Source of the DNA: Rotaria sp.
Taxonomy: Eukaryota
NCBI GenBank assembly: GCA_905330235.1
Contig: CAJNUA010000162.1
Span: 81,202 to 126,500 of the forward strand
Length of the DNA stretch: 45,299 nucleotides
Direction: 5' to 3'
Shown: in pieces, positions 13,180 to 23,063 of the stretch
Layout: every line of letters starts with the position of its first letter
Position numbering within the stretch: the first letter of the stretch is position 1
Notes under the pieces: model-generated
The model's database searches: none
Seen by the model: the letters and a program-made list of their open reading frames with translations, nothing else
What the model was told of the DNA's origin: nothing
Translations under genes and position numbers: made by a program

Positions 13180-13323
13180 ATGGCATCAGCATTCAATGTG
13201 AATCACCGTCTTTCTAATGATGAAATCAAAGATGAACCGAAACAAATGCTCACACCTATTGAAGATTATGAAGAAGAATCTCTCTTATCTCTCGAATTAG
13301 CATGTGAACCACTTAAAAGCATT
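13180..13323 (+). CDS. Putative exon 1 of the ART-CAP fusion gene (MASAFNVNHRLSNDEIKDEPKQMLTPIEDYEEESLLSLELACEPLKSI). It ends at the weak donor GTCTAA at 13324. Otherwise an in-frame TAA at 13327 follows.
   Basis: The frame is continuous with downstream exons if a 39-nt micro-intron (13324-13362, gtctaa...tcaaag) is removed. There is no in-frame ATG downstream before the ART domain, so translation must start here or in an unseen upstream exon. Confidence 0.35.
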
Positions 13324-13362
13324 GTCTAAGGTGAATTGAACAGAAATATTTTTATATCAAAG

Positions 13363-13559
13363 ACGAATTCAAAAACATCAGCAGACGGTTTGACTCAAGA
13401 TGAATCAGCCTCAATTCATCTTTACAGAACGGAATGGAAGAAATCCGAAGAAAGCCTCTATTGTATTTTGAATCGAATATTAAGAAAAGCAGATCGACGT
13501 TTTTTCAAACATTGGTTCAAATATCTCAAGTTATTTCTTACGGCACTTTTCAAATTATC
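13363..13559 (+). CDS. ART-CAP gene exon 2. It encodes the N-terminal helical region of an ADP-ribosyltransferase fold (ESASIHLYRTEWKKSEESLYCILNRILRKADRRFFKHWFKYLKLFLTALFKL). Donor GTGAGT at 13560.
   Basis: ORF 13336..13563. The pattern aromatic-x-x-x-LY..LN..LR......L...Y...L..AL.KL resembles the region preceding the catalytic Arg in R-S-E ARTs (vertebrate ART1-5, clostridial C3/iota-type toxins). The 48-nt intron 13560-13607 (GTGAGT...ACATAG) contains the TGA stop and preserves the frame. Confidence 0.55.
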
Positions 13560-13607
13560 GTGAGTCATTGTTTTGAAGACATCTACCAATTTGTATTTTG
13601 TACATAG

Positions 13608-14473
13608 ACCGATTGAACGAGGAACTGTTTGGCGTGGTGTAATCGAACATCTCCACGAGCTCTATCCTCGTGGATAATTGCAAGCATGGTGGGCCTTCAG
13701 ATCTTGCACAAGATCTCTCCAAGTACTGGAGTCACCTCAGTATCTTGGTATATCATGTACTCGAACGCTCTTCTTGATTAAGGCATCGAAAGGAAAAGAC
13801 ATTAGTCGATACTCGTGCTTCCGGAATGAGGATGAAATTTTACTTCTTCCTGGTACATACTTCGAAGTAAATAGTCAAATAATTGCGGGAGGATGGTTGC
13901 ATATTATTCATCTTCACGAATATAACCCTCCATATGAACTTCTAGTTTCACCTTTACCTGACTTGCATCCACAGAAGCATACTCCAAGTACGAAAGCCGT
14001 ACAAAAATTTAAGAAAGCAGTGTTAGACAGCAAGAAGGAAAAAACAAGCGTCCAGAGTAAACAGGTCGTGAGCCTGAATGAAGACGATTATGATGGTTCT
14101 AAATTTTGTATAGATGCACTGATTACTCATAATCAGTATCGCCTGCAACACAATACAGCAACACTAATAGCGAATGAACATTTATCTAAAGCAGCCACTG
14201 ACTGGGCACGCGAATTGATCAACATGAATGTACTTAAATATTCTCCCGACCAATGGCGACGTTATCGAAGCTCAGTGTTAGGCGAAAGCCTAGCCTATTT
14301 CATGGGACCTGTACTAAAAGGCGATCGTCAAAATGATATATGGACCGTGAAGTGCAACAACATGATCTTAGTATCTACCTTCAAGAGAAGTCCCTTCATT
14401 TTTCACAACTGGTATGGAAAAGCACCGAACAAGTCGGCTTTGATCGTTATCAAACTCTCGACAAAAAACAATG
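13608..14473 (+). CDS. ART-CAP gene exon 3, with ART catalytic core, linker and CAP domain. R motif TVWRGV; STS-like motif AFRSCTRS; catalytic ExE in TLFLIKASKGKDISRYSCFRNEDEILLLPGTYFEV; then a Lys/Ser-rich linker and a CAP/SCP domain (HNQYRLQHN...GESLAYFMGP...SQLVWKSTEQVGF). It is disrupted by an in-frame TAA at 13675-13677 and an apparent 1-nt frameshift near 14344-14372. Donor GTACAT at 14474.
   Basis: Hand alignment to rat/human ART2: YRG-17aa-FTSSS...GTLFIIKTCLGVYIKEFSFRPDQEEVLIPGYEVYQ vs WRG-19aa-FRSCTRS...RTLFLIKASKGKDISRYSCFRNEDEILLLPGTYFEV. CAP part vs GAPR-1/GLIPR2: HNEYRQKHGV/HNQYRLQHNT, GENLAW/GESLAY, HYTQVVWAKS/HFSQLVWKST. Confidence 0.6.
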
Positions 14474-14565
14474 GTACATTGATAATATTGCAACATAGAA
14501 TAAGCATAGTTTCATTGTGAATCATTTTTGATCAACTTGAAATCGAAAACTTTTCTAATCTTTAG

Positions 14566-14626
14566 GGATGGTGTTGCATTGTACTATCCACCAGGGAACT
14601 TTCCTAACCAGTATCTGTCAATGTAG
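14566..14626 (+). CDS. ART-CAP gene terminal exon. It encodes the CAP-domain C-terminus (W)DGVALYYPPGNFPNQYLSM*.
   Basis: A 92-nt GT...TTAG intron (14474-14565) joins in the correct phase (tg|g = Trp). The peptide matches the GAPR-1 C-terminus YVVCRYCPAGNYVNQNIY. Confidence 0.55.
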
Positions 14627-16999
14627 AGTCATAAGACAATCATGGAACGGAGAATGAACTGTTATTGAAATGAAGTATTCGGTTACACTAGTTATGTATT
14701 GTGCATTTTATAGAACTAACTGCTGAATGTGACGGAGAACTGCAGTCAACTCTGGCCATCGCGAATGTAGCAATAAAATCATATGATGGTGTCGCATCTG
14801 GTAAGTATCAAAATATATATTGTTGAACGCGAGAGTATATGATAATGACCACTTTGGAAGTATTCTCTCAGTACTGATCGGAGAATCATTTCCACGATGA
14901 TTGGCATATCATTCTAGACTCATTTACATAACAACCATTTCATTGTTGTTTCATCAAACAAGAAAACTGTTTGTTTTCTTTCAGATCTCATTTTTAGATC
15001 AATTAAAATTTTCTAATAATTCTAGTTTCGTAGAATCTTGTACAAGTCATTTTATGTTTAACTGAATAGTAACTATTTTAAGCGATATAATCACAATACA
15101 AGTGAAAAAATAGTGAAGAAGGCTTTTCAAAAATGTGTTTTATACCTCATAATTATGAGGTACCTTTTTATAATAGATTGGACTCAAATGGAACCAATTA
15201 AAGGAATATTGCAAGGTAAATAAATATATATCGATTACTGGCAATCGAAATCATAGAATTTCAATTCATACGAAAAACCTTTAACAATGTTACTCTGATG
15301 AATAACTATTACTCAATTTTTCAACATAAGGTTGATAGTTATCTTTATTTTAATAATATCATTTTTATTGTGAAAAATGAAAACGTAACAGAGAATTTTT
15401 ATTTCTAGCAATAAAAAGATTTGATTTTATTCTAACAGAATAAAAAAACAACTAGAACTAAATAAGAACTAAGAAAGTGATACTTACTTAAGGTACGATA
15501 TTCAAAGTACTCAACAAAAAATCATTTCTCTTAATTGTATCGCTTAGACATTCAACAAAAACATAACACTTTCAACGATAATGTAAGGTACACATTTTTT
15601 GGATAAAAGAGACCGCAGAATTATATCCGCCTAAGTCATTCGAAACATGTATGTATTCGACAAAATTGTGCGAACTTTAAAATTTTATTCTTTATAGGGA
15701 TTATTGAAGTTATTTGGTTTTTTGAAGTCAGGATGTGAGTGTGAAGCCTGAGACAAGATTCAGACCCACACCCAAAATGTTTCAGGATATTATTTTCAAA
15801 GTCTTCACCAATGAACTTATTACTCAATGCCCACTAACTTCTTCGTTTTCGTGGATGCAACACAGAACCGTCATGGTAAGATTTGTACTTGAATCGGCCG
15901 AATGACAATAACTAAGATTCTGGATAGAAATAGAGAACAGCCTTGATCATTTCTTAACAAAAACTGAATTCATATAAAAGTATCACGTAAAACATCAATT
16001 ATACATACGTATTTACCAACGACAAAAGTATTACGAATAGTATTTTTGATATAAAATATAGAATTTGTGTTTGAAACAATAGCATAAAGATAGATATGAA
16101 TAGTACAAGAATAGACACTTACAATATAATTAGAAGTTTACAACGAAGATACAAGGTGTTCATATATAGTTTATGTTTTTCTCAATGCATTTTTGAAGAA
16201 AATGTGTGCATAAATCATTGCACGCTTCAGTGGTCACACTCTCCAGTTAAGAACATCATTTTGTAGTATGCAAATGATCAAGTTGTAGGCCTGATTTTAA
16301 CGCTAGTGAGTCAGTACTGAACATTATCAAACAGAAAATCAAACTCAAGAACTTGAAATTACAAGGTCAACAAAAGAATGCGCACGATGAAGTATAAAAT
16401 TGATCTATTAACACTGTATCTTCATTTTAAGCTTTTAATTATATTGGAAGAACCTGTTCTTGCACTATTCATATCTATCTTCATAAAATTATTTCGTCCA
16501 TAAACTATAAATTTAACATCAAAATACGATTCGGAATACTTTTCTCGTAGGTAGTATAATCAATCGTTTTGTAATGAACTTGTTTCACTACCAGCATGCA
16601 TTTCTCAGTGAGAAAGTAAATTACAAATAGATCGCGATGCAATTTTAGCAATTCGGAATTTTGTCAAACTGAATAGTTTATTACACAATAGCTGCCAAAA
16701 ATAATATTCTTTACATAACAGATACAACATTAAAACAAGGTTCATCGAATTGCAATATATTAATTATTCCAAGGATATTTCTCATGAGCACAGTTCTGTT
16801 CAATAGACCAAAACTGATAAATTCGTTTTTTTTTCTTTATTTCAATCCTGAAAACATTGTAAATATCACAGAAGTAGAATAATTCTGTCTTGTGAAATGA
16901 AACACATGATAATAATAATTCGATCGAGTTTATTAGTTATGTAAAAAAAGAAGAATTTCAAAGCTTATTTGTAAGCAAAATAAATATTAGTCTTTGTAA

Positions 17000-17461
17000 T
17001 TATGTGAGTATGGCATTGACACATCGTCGGCAACTTCCACAACATTTTTGATAACTTCTGCATTGAGCATCTGTTATACATGGTGGAAAGCAAAAAGAAG
17101 GACGTCCAATAATAACAGGTGAGGATACTACCAATGGACAACAACCTGGATGCTCATTTGGACAACAATAAGCTCTATCGTATTGATTTATTTTACATGT
17201 ACCACCATTGGCTGCACATCTTCTTTGTCCTTGTCCACAAGTCACATTTCTGATTGGTTGACCATATTTGCATGGATTGCACCTATCTGGCAATGGAAAT
17301 AATAAACAAAAAATACTTGGATCAATGATAATTGGAGGAATCGTTCGAATTGGTTTTAGTGCAGCACGCGGTTTGTCAACATGAATGGGATTGTCTTCTG
17401 CTGCACATAAAGCAATAATAGCAAAAGTTGCTAGTAACAAGCTTATAATTAACTTTTTCAT
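17000..17461 (-). CDS. Secreted cysteine-rich protein with a C-terminal WAP (four-disulfide-core)-like module. Signal peptide MKKLIISLLLATFAIIALCAA. Single exon.
   Basis: ORF 17000..17461 (-). It has a hydrophobic N-terminus and 22 Cys. The C-terminal CFPPCITDAQCRSYQKCCGSCRRC fits the WAP C..C..D..C....KCC...C..C pattern. Confidence 0.5.
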   Translation of the reverse strand: MKKLIISLLLATFAIIALCAAEDNPIHVDKPRAALKPIRTIPPIIIDPSIFCLLFPLPDRCNPCKYGQPIRNVTCGQGQRRCAANGGTCKINQYDRAYCCPNEHPGCCPLVVSSPVIIGRPSFCFPPCITDAQCRSYQKCCGSCRRCVNAILT

Positions 17462-19536
17462 GATGCTTTGATAGTATCAAACTCGAATAGCCTTATGTAA
17501 AAAGATTACTTATTTTGCACAATCGATGAGATTTATATAGTATCATAGTCTTTGGTAGAGCATGACTTCAACTAAAAAACAAAACTAATAAAACGTAGGA
17601 GACACCATATCGTCTTTTTTTTATGAATAATATTGATCTATCTTTGGCAAAATCGTAGATTAGCCTTGACGTATAAAATATTAATCTAATGATAGAGTAT
17701 GTCGTAATACAAAACATGTCTATATTTACGCATTTAGTTTTTTGAATCTTTTCTTTCATTGACGTCATTTATGATAGATAGGTTTTGCGCATCATATTCA
17801 TCGATGCTTGACTAAGCTCCTTGGCTTTCTAAAGATACTACTTATCAAAAGTAGATAAGTGAAACAATAACAGATATATACGCTAATATAAAAATAGTAC
17901 TATGATCATCTTTTCTCAAATATTCACTAGGACTAAATTGTTTGTTTTATCGAAAGACTTACGACAAGTTAAGTTGGAAGTAGATTCAAGAGGTTTATTG
18001 AATTATGCTTTGCAATTTGAACGTTGATTATAATACAGAATAATCAACAACAACAAAAATAATGATGAAAAAAGAGGAAAATATAAAAAAATAAGGATTC
18101 AACACTTCATATACTTTATTTGTTTAGAAATATTTAAAATATGACTTAAAAAAGATTGACATTTTTTTCTTCTTATTTTGTGCAATTATACTGATGAAAA
18201 CGAATAGATTAGTCATCAAAATCAGAAATCGTTGTATGTAAATAAATTTTACATTAATATTCTTACCCATGATAAAAAAATCGAGTTCGTTTTGAAGCTA
18301 AAAGCAAACTGTATATTTATTCTATTTTTAGTTGAACTATAACCTTGACAATCAACTATATGCATGACAATGTTCTGAATTCAAACATTCTTTCATAAAG
18401 TTTTTATAGAATAATAAAACATCTGGTTCCTTTAGATTTGCAGTATATTATCATCAAAATTATGTAATAATTGAATTTATTTCACGATGGTGTGAGTTTG
18501 CATGCGACTGAGTGTACGAATAAGTGAAGAAAAGATTTCCTCTTCAGTTACACACAAATTCACCTAACTAGCTCATCTCACTTTAAAAATCATGAAGACA
18601 CTGATTATTTGAGAAATATACTACGTAGTTGGACGTGAATAGATGTGAAGATCTTGTTTTCATCTACGCTCATTCGTTTTATTAGAATCAACAAAGCAAT
18701 TGTCGTAGATGCTGTTATTGTCTGTTGTAGCAGTTAGTAGATTGAATACGAACGATAACGAATCGTGATTAACTTATAATTTGATAAATACGAAGAATGA
18801 TTTGTGCGAGATATATTCCTATCATATCTGAATATCTTTTCACAAACTAAAACTTCAAGTCAAACTTTTCTTAGACAAGTTAGATTTAGCTGATAAACCA
18901 AATGTGTCACTACATAATGACGTCATGTGCTTGTCAGTTAGACTTCCACCATTGACAATACATATCTAATAGACACTGTTTCATTGTGAAAAAAGACAAG
19001 GAATGATTTGCCTCTTAGAAGTTTTTAGATTTCCTTGAAAAAAAAACAATGATTTGTTTTTGATTGTATTCAATTGGAACATGAAAAAAGTATTTACTAA
19101 ATTTTTGGATTGCTGCGTATTAGTAAGAGCTTGTTATTTGAATCAGTTTCAAAAATATAACACTGATCAATACAATCACAACAAGCTTATCATTTGTTCT
19201 ACTTGCACTCGATTTAGTATGAAATGTGATCTAAGAAATCTGTGAAGCAATAATATAACATATATTGAGTCAAGCTATCAAGTATCATTGAGTCTCAACG
19301 AAAAATTACAATTTCTTCCCTAATAATAACGATATAAAATACTGTCAATATATATGATCACCTATTCATTCATGGATATCGTGAATGAAGAGTCTTTTTT
19401 TCGTGGAGGTGTGCTGATTCTCAGATGCATGCTTTCAGTTCGCTCAAATTGTTACAACGGCTAAATAGACTAGGTCTTCTCGAAAACCTTTCGTTACTCA
19501 TGCGTGTTTTTTTCCAATGATTTCTATTTTTTTTTA

Positions 19537-20027
19537 TTAAATAAAACGTCGTAAACCAAAGTATAATACGAATGCAAAGATAGACGAAAAGAAAATTATT
19601 TTGTTGCTTATAGCTCTTTTCAACACGAAAAGTAAAGAAAGAAAGACAAGTAAAAATAAAGAAGCAATAACGGATCCAGAGAGATTTATGTATGTAAAAT
19701 GTTCATCTGGTCCTAACATGACTAATTCTGGTCCAAAAATGATTCTTGAATTTTTCTCTTTGTAATCAAACACTTGCACGGCTTGATTTTGTGGTACTCG
19801 ATAGGTAACTAATCTGGATTTGTCACGTTTTGTCGTTTGAAATGACGACGTTACTGTTGTTTTGGTACGTCTATCAACTAAAGAATCTCGTTGAAGAAAC
19901 TCTTCTATGCTTAATGGTAATTCTTTTTCCCAGAGTTCTTCATCTTGTGTTAACATGTATGTATTACCAACAATTGCACGAACACGGCCAGTTTTTAAGT
20001 CTCGAACATAGATACCTTCATTTTCAT
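19537..20027 (-). CDS. MVP: MVP terminal region as seen here ([38 protein letters not shown]...[35 protein letters not shown]). The ORF then continues into a hydrophobic tail [45 protein letters not shown] and ends at TAA 19537-19539. A 39-51 nt micro-intron separates it from exon 5. The true 3' boundary is uncertain: there is either a splice donor near 19676 or read-through to this stop.
   Basis: ORF 19537..20154. Homology to MVP residues about 380-520 ([38 protein letters not shown]...[34 protein letters not shown]) ends at ...INLSG. AATAAA lies immediately after the stop on the minus strand (about 19527-19535). Confidence 0.55.
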
Positions 20028-20078
20028 CTAGAACAGTATCTAATAAATAAACAAGATATAAAAGATCAAGCAACTTAC

Positions 20079-20165
20079 CCAAAGGTATCGCTTTTCTTTT
20101 TTGTAAGACTTCGACTTGGACTGGTGGTATGTATTCTTTTGGTCCTCTTATCACCCATTTGTCGC
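20079..20165 (-). CDS. MVP: MVP exon 5 ([29 protein letters not shown]). Acceptor ttttaag, donor GGTAAGT.
   Basis: Matches MVP [30 protein letters not shown]. It is separated from exon 4 by a roughly 1.6 kb intron that contains a repetitive element. Confidence 0.75.
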
Positions 20166-20244
20166 CTTAAAAGAAATTTGAATTGTTCAAAAATTCATAT
20201 AGAATATACAGTTTTAATTCTTGTGTAGGGAGAGCCTAGTAGAG

Positions 20245-21705
20245 TCCTACGGAGTCAACTTTTTCGATTCCGAAACCCGACCGCAACTCCAAAAATTTTA
20301 ATTTTTTCATTTCCCCAGGTTGAAAAAGTACGATCGTAAACGACCGTATACAAAAAAATACGACGGATTACGATGATCGTATACGATGTCTGTATACGTC
20401 ACTGGTATACGATGCTATACAATAATCGTAAATGACCGTTCAATCCGACCATCGTAAACGGCGTTCGTATACGATCGTATTTTGTCGTGTTCAACGCTAA
20501 GTAATTTTCTTTGTACAAAAGAATTTTTTTAATATTTATATCTGTTACAATCGTACAATGTGCAGTAAATATGTTTTGTTATAAGGGACAATTTTTTTTC
20601 TATACGATCCCTCTCGATGGCACAACGAACCTTAAATGTTATTTTAAACTAAACAAGTTTTTTTTCTTTTTTATTTAAATTTATATCAATAGAAAAAAGA
20701 AAAGCAAGTATTAATATATTTAAATAAATTTTACTTTTTAACAACGATACATCGAACAGTAAGTTAGAATTTATGTAAATAATTTTTTTTTTTTATTTTT
20801 AGATTTATTATAAGAATAAATGAAACAGTAAGTATTTACTGAGATAAATTGGGGTGCCCAGCCAGACTGGGCATCCCAAATATTAGTCTTTATATTATTT
20901 GGAGAATGAGAAGGGGGAAATAGGACAAATTTATGTGGAATAATGTGAGAAACGACGTTGTATACCACCGCGTACGATCGTTTACGGTGGTTGTATATAC
21001 GTCGTATTTCGTCGTATACGACACGACGATATACGGTTGTATACGATTGCATACGACGTCGTATACGATCGTTTACGACTGTCGTAATGCTCGTCCTGGG
21101 CCGATTCTAACTCCGAAAAATTACGAATTTTTTTTTTTGTCTGAAATGAGCAACATATAATCTATTCTATTGTTCAAATTTTAACATAGACATAGGCAAT
21201 TGGATAAAAAGTTGAATGAATGAAGAAAAGTCAAAGAATTATTAAAAAATTGATCGTAAATTTCTTTTTCAGTTTTTGTGCGTAAAAAAAAATAAAAAAG
21301 ATTGCAAAGTTTTTGACAAGAAAACAACTTGAAAAACTGATACATGAAAAACATGAAGCTGTAAAACTCGACACGTACTATACCCAAACAATCAAGAATT
21401 GATGATGAAGACAGTTATAGTATTCAGATGAAATTAAAATATTTTTTGATTAATCTCATTATGTTTTCATATAGCTGATTTTTAGAATAGTATAACTAAA
21501 AGTTGATCGTCCTTTTTTTACCTTAAAGCTCATTCTTAATCTATGTAATAAATTATGTTGTTTCTTTTATTATTGTGAAAAGTAAAGCTATTGGTTTTGT
21601 GAAAAGTAAACATTTTTGTCGGAGGCAGTTACAATTTTGACTCTGACTCCGATCACGACTCCGATGGGGTCGGAGTCATAATTGGGTTTCGGAGTTCCCC
21701 GCAGG
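20245..21705. mobile_element. A roughly 1.5 kb TIR-bounded non-autonomous DNA element inside the MVP intron. The terminal inverted repeats are imperfect and about 45 bp (TCCTACGGAGTCAACTTTTTCGATTCCGAAACCCGACC... / ...GGGTTTCGGAGTTCCCCGCAGG). Internally it carries inverted sub-repeats (20300-20500 vs 20930-21135) rich in the CpG-containing motif CGTATACGA / CGTTTACGA.
   Basis: The reverse complement of 21650-21705 aligns with 20245-20290 (shared cct[a/g]cgg...tccgaaaccc...gacc). The flanks ctagtagag / tctctagag may be an imperfect 8-9 bp target duplication. The element is markedly GC/CpG-rich relative to the surrounding AT-rich sequence. Confidence 0.5.
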
Positions 21706-21771
21706 TCTCTAGAGCCTAGCCATTGGTAATTTGTCTACACTAAAAACATTAATAAAATTCTTTTCTCTTAC

Positions 21772-21957
21772 CCGGCACACGAGTCACATTGTCTATTTCA
21801 TCATCAAACGATTCAATACATTTTACTACGATACCTTCATCTTCACTCAATACGTACACATCTTGAATTTCTTTCTCTAATTGTTCATTAGGTTGTAAGA
21901 AAAAGGATTTGTCACCAACGACTAATTTCTTTTTGCCCCATTGGTTTTTACCGTTAG
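21772..21957 (-). CDS. MVP: MVP exon 4 ([63 protein letters not shown]). Donor GTAAGA.
   Basis: ORF 21749..21991. Matches [48 protein letters not shown]. Confidence 0.8.
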
Positions 21958-22018
21958 CTTGAAAAGAAAATAGAAATAATAATAAGTCCAATCATAGTTT
22001 GACATCTAGCATTCTTAC

Positions 22019-22441
22019 ATGTGACTGGATTTAAGATGACACAATATTGTCTTGAATTCAATGTTTTTATATCAACAATTGCCACAAGTTGTTCATAGAC
22101 ATTCAAAATATGTGTTTCAGTTTGCTCTTTTGTCACGAGCCATTCGTCCCCATTATTTCTTGTTTGACCAAAATCATCTGTGAATGTGTTTAGTGCACGT
22201 AAATGTAAAGCTTTTTTATCTGTTACAACATAGCCATTTTCAATGCTCACAACTGTTTCATAAGCCAATGGTAAATAAGCACCCAATTGTTTTACTAACC
22301 AGTTTTCACCCACCACACGACGTTGATCCATACGATCGACAAGTTCTTTTTTAGCACTTAATCTTAGTGCTTGATTTGGACCGATCACGGTAGCAACAAT
22401 GTGTTCTTCAACCGATACTTCTTTGCGTGGTGTATAAGTGC
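22019..22441 (-). CDS. MVP: MVP exon 3 ([37 protein letters not shown]...[44 protein letters not shown]). Donor GTAAGA.
   Basis: ORF 21954..22388 plus the upstream in-frame segment from the acceptor tttttcag at 22442-22449. Matches MVP repeat domains 3-5 (QNQALRLRARKE, TGEEWLVT, HNYCVILDPV). Confidence 0.8.
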
Positions 22442-22535
22442 CTGAAAAATTAAAATATTTGTATAGTTAACGTACACTTATCATGACTCGAGTGAATTCA
22501 CTAAATGAATTATAGCTGAATACGTAGTTACTTAC

Positions 22536-22656
22536 CTGGTCCTTCGAAAAGCCATTCGTCTCCAGCTTTTCGCTGTTCTCCATTATCATCAAAATCCAAA
22601 ACGGCTTTTAATCGTAATGCTGAACTAGCCGCAACATATTTTAAAGGTGTGGCAGC
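22536..22656 (-). CDS. MVP: MVP exon 2 ([41 protein letters not shown]). Acceptor ...ttccag, donor GTAAGT.
   Basis: Hand translation of the rc. Matches [32 protein letters not shown]. The phase (0 in, 1 out) is consistent with its neighbours. Confidence 0.8.
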
Positions 22657-22715
22657 CTGGAATAATATTAATAGATACTATGAAAAATTACTTTAAATAA
22701 TGATATTCAAAGTAC

Positions 22716-23063
22716 CTGTTTTAAAACTTCACCAGGATACAATGGAAATGGTTCTTCATAATCGTTTTCCTGTCTAACATCTAGGCTACCATGCAACAAT
22801 TTTGCTTGACCATTTTTGTCGAATTGTGCTTGATTATTTTCATTCTTCACAACTGGATTTTCAATAACACAGTAGTGTCTTGGTGGTAGAGTAATCATTT
22901 TATCAGGCCCAAAAACTATTGTCTCATTGCCTTGTTTCAAGAACTTGTGTGGACCGATTTCCAATCGTGTTATACTTGTATTCTGGTCTAATACGTGAAT
23001 ATAATAATAAGGTGGAATACGATAGACAGGACCTGTCTGAGCCGGTAAACTCTTAGAAGACAT
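22716..23063 (-). CDS. MVP: Major vault protein (MVP) exon 1 (MSSKSLPAQTGPVYRIPPYYYIHVLDQNTSITRLEIGPHKF...PFPLYPGEVLKQ). ATG at 23063, donor GTACTT.
   Basis: ORF 22707..23156. Near-identity of IPPYYYIHVLDQN...PPRHYCVIENPV...PFPLYPGEVL with the vertebrate MVP N-terminus (IPPYHYIHVLDQN...PPRHYCTVANPV...PFPLYPGEVL). Confidence 0.85.
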
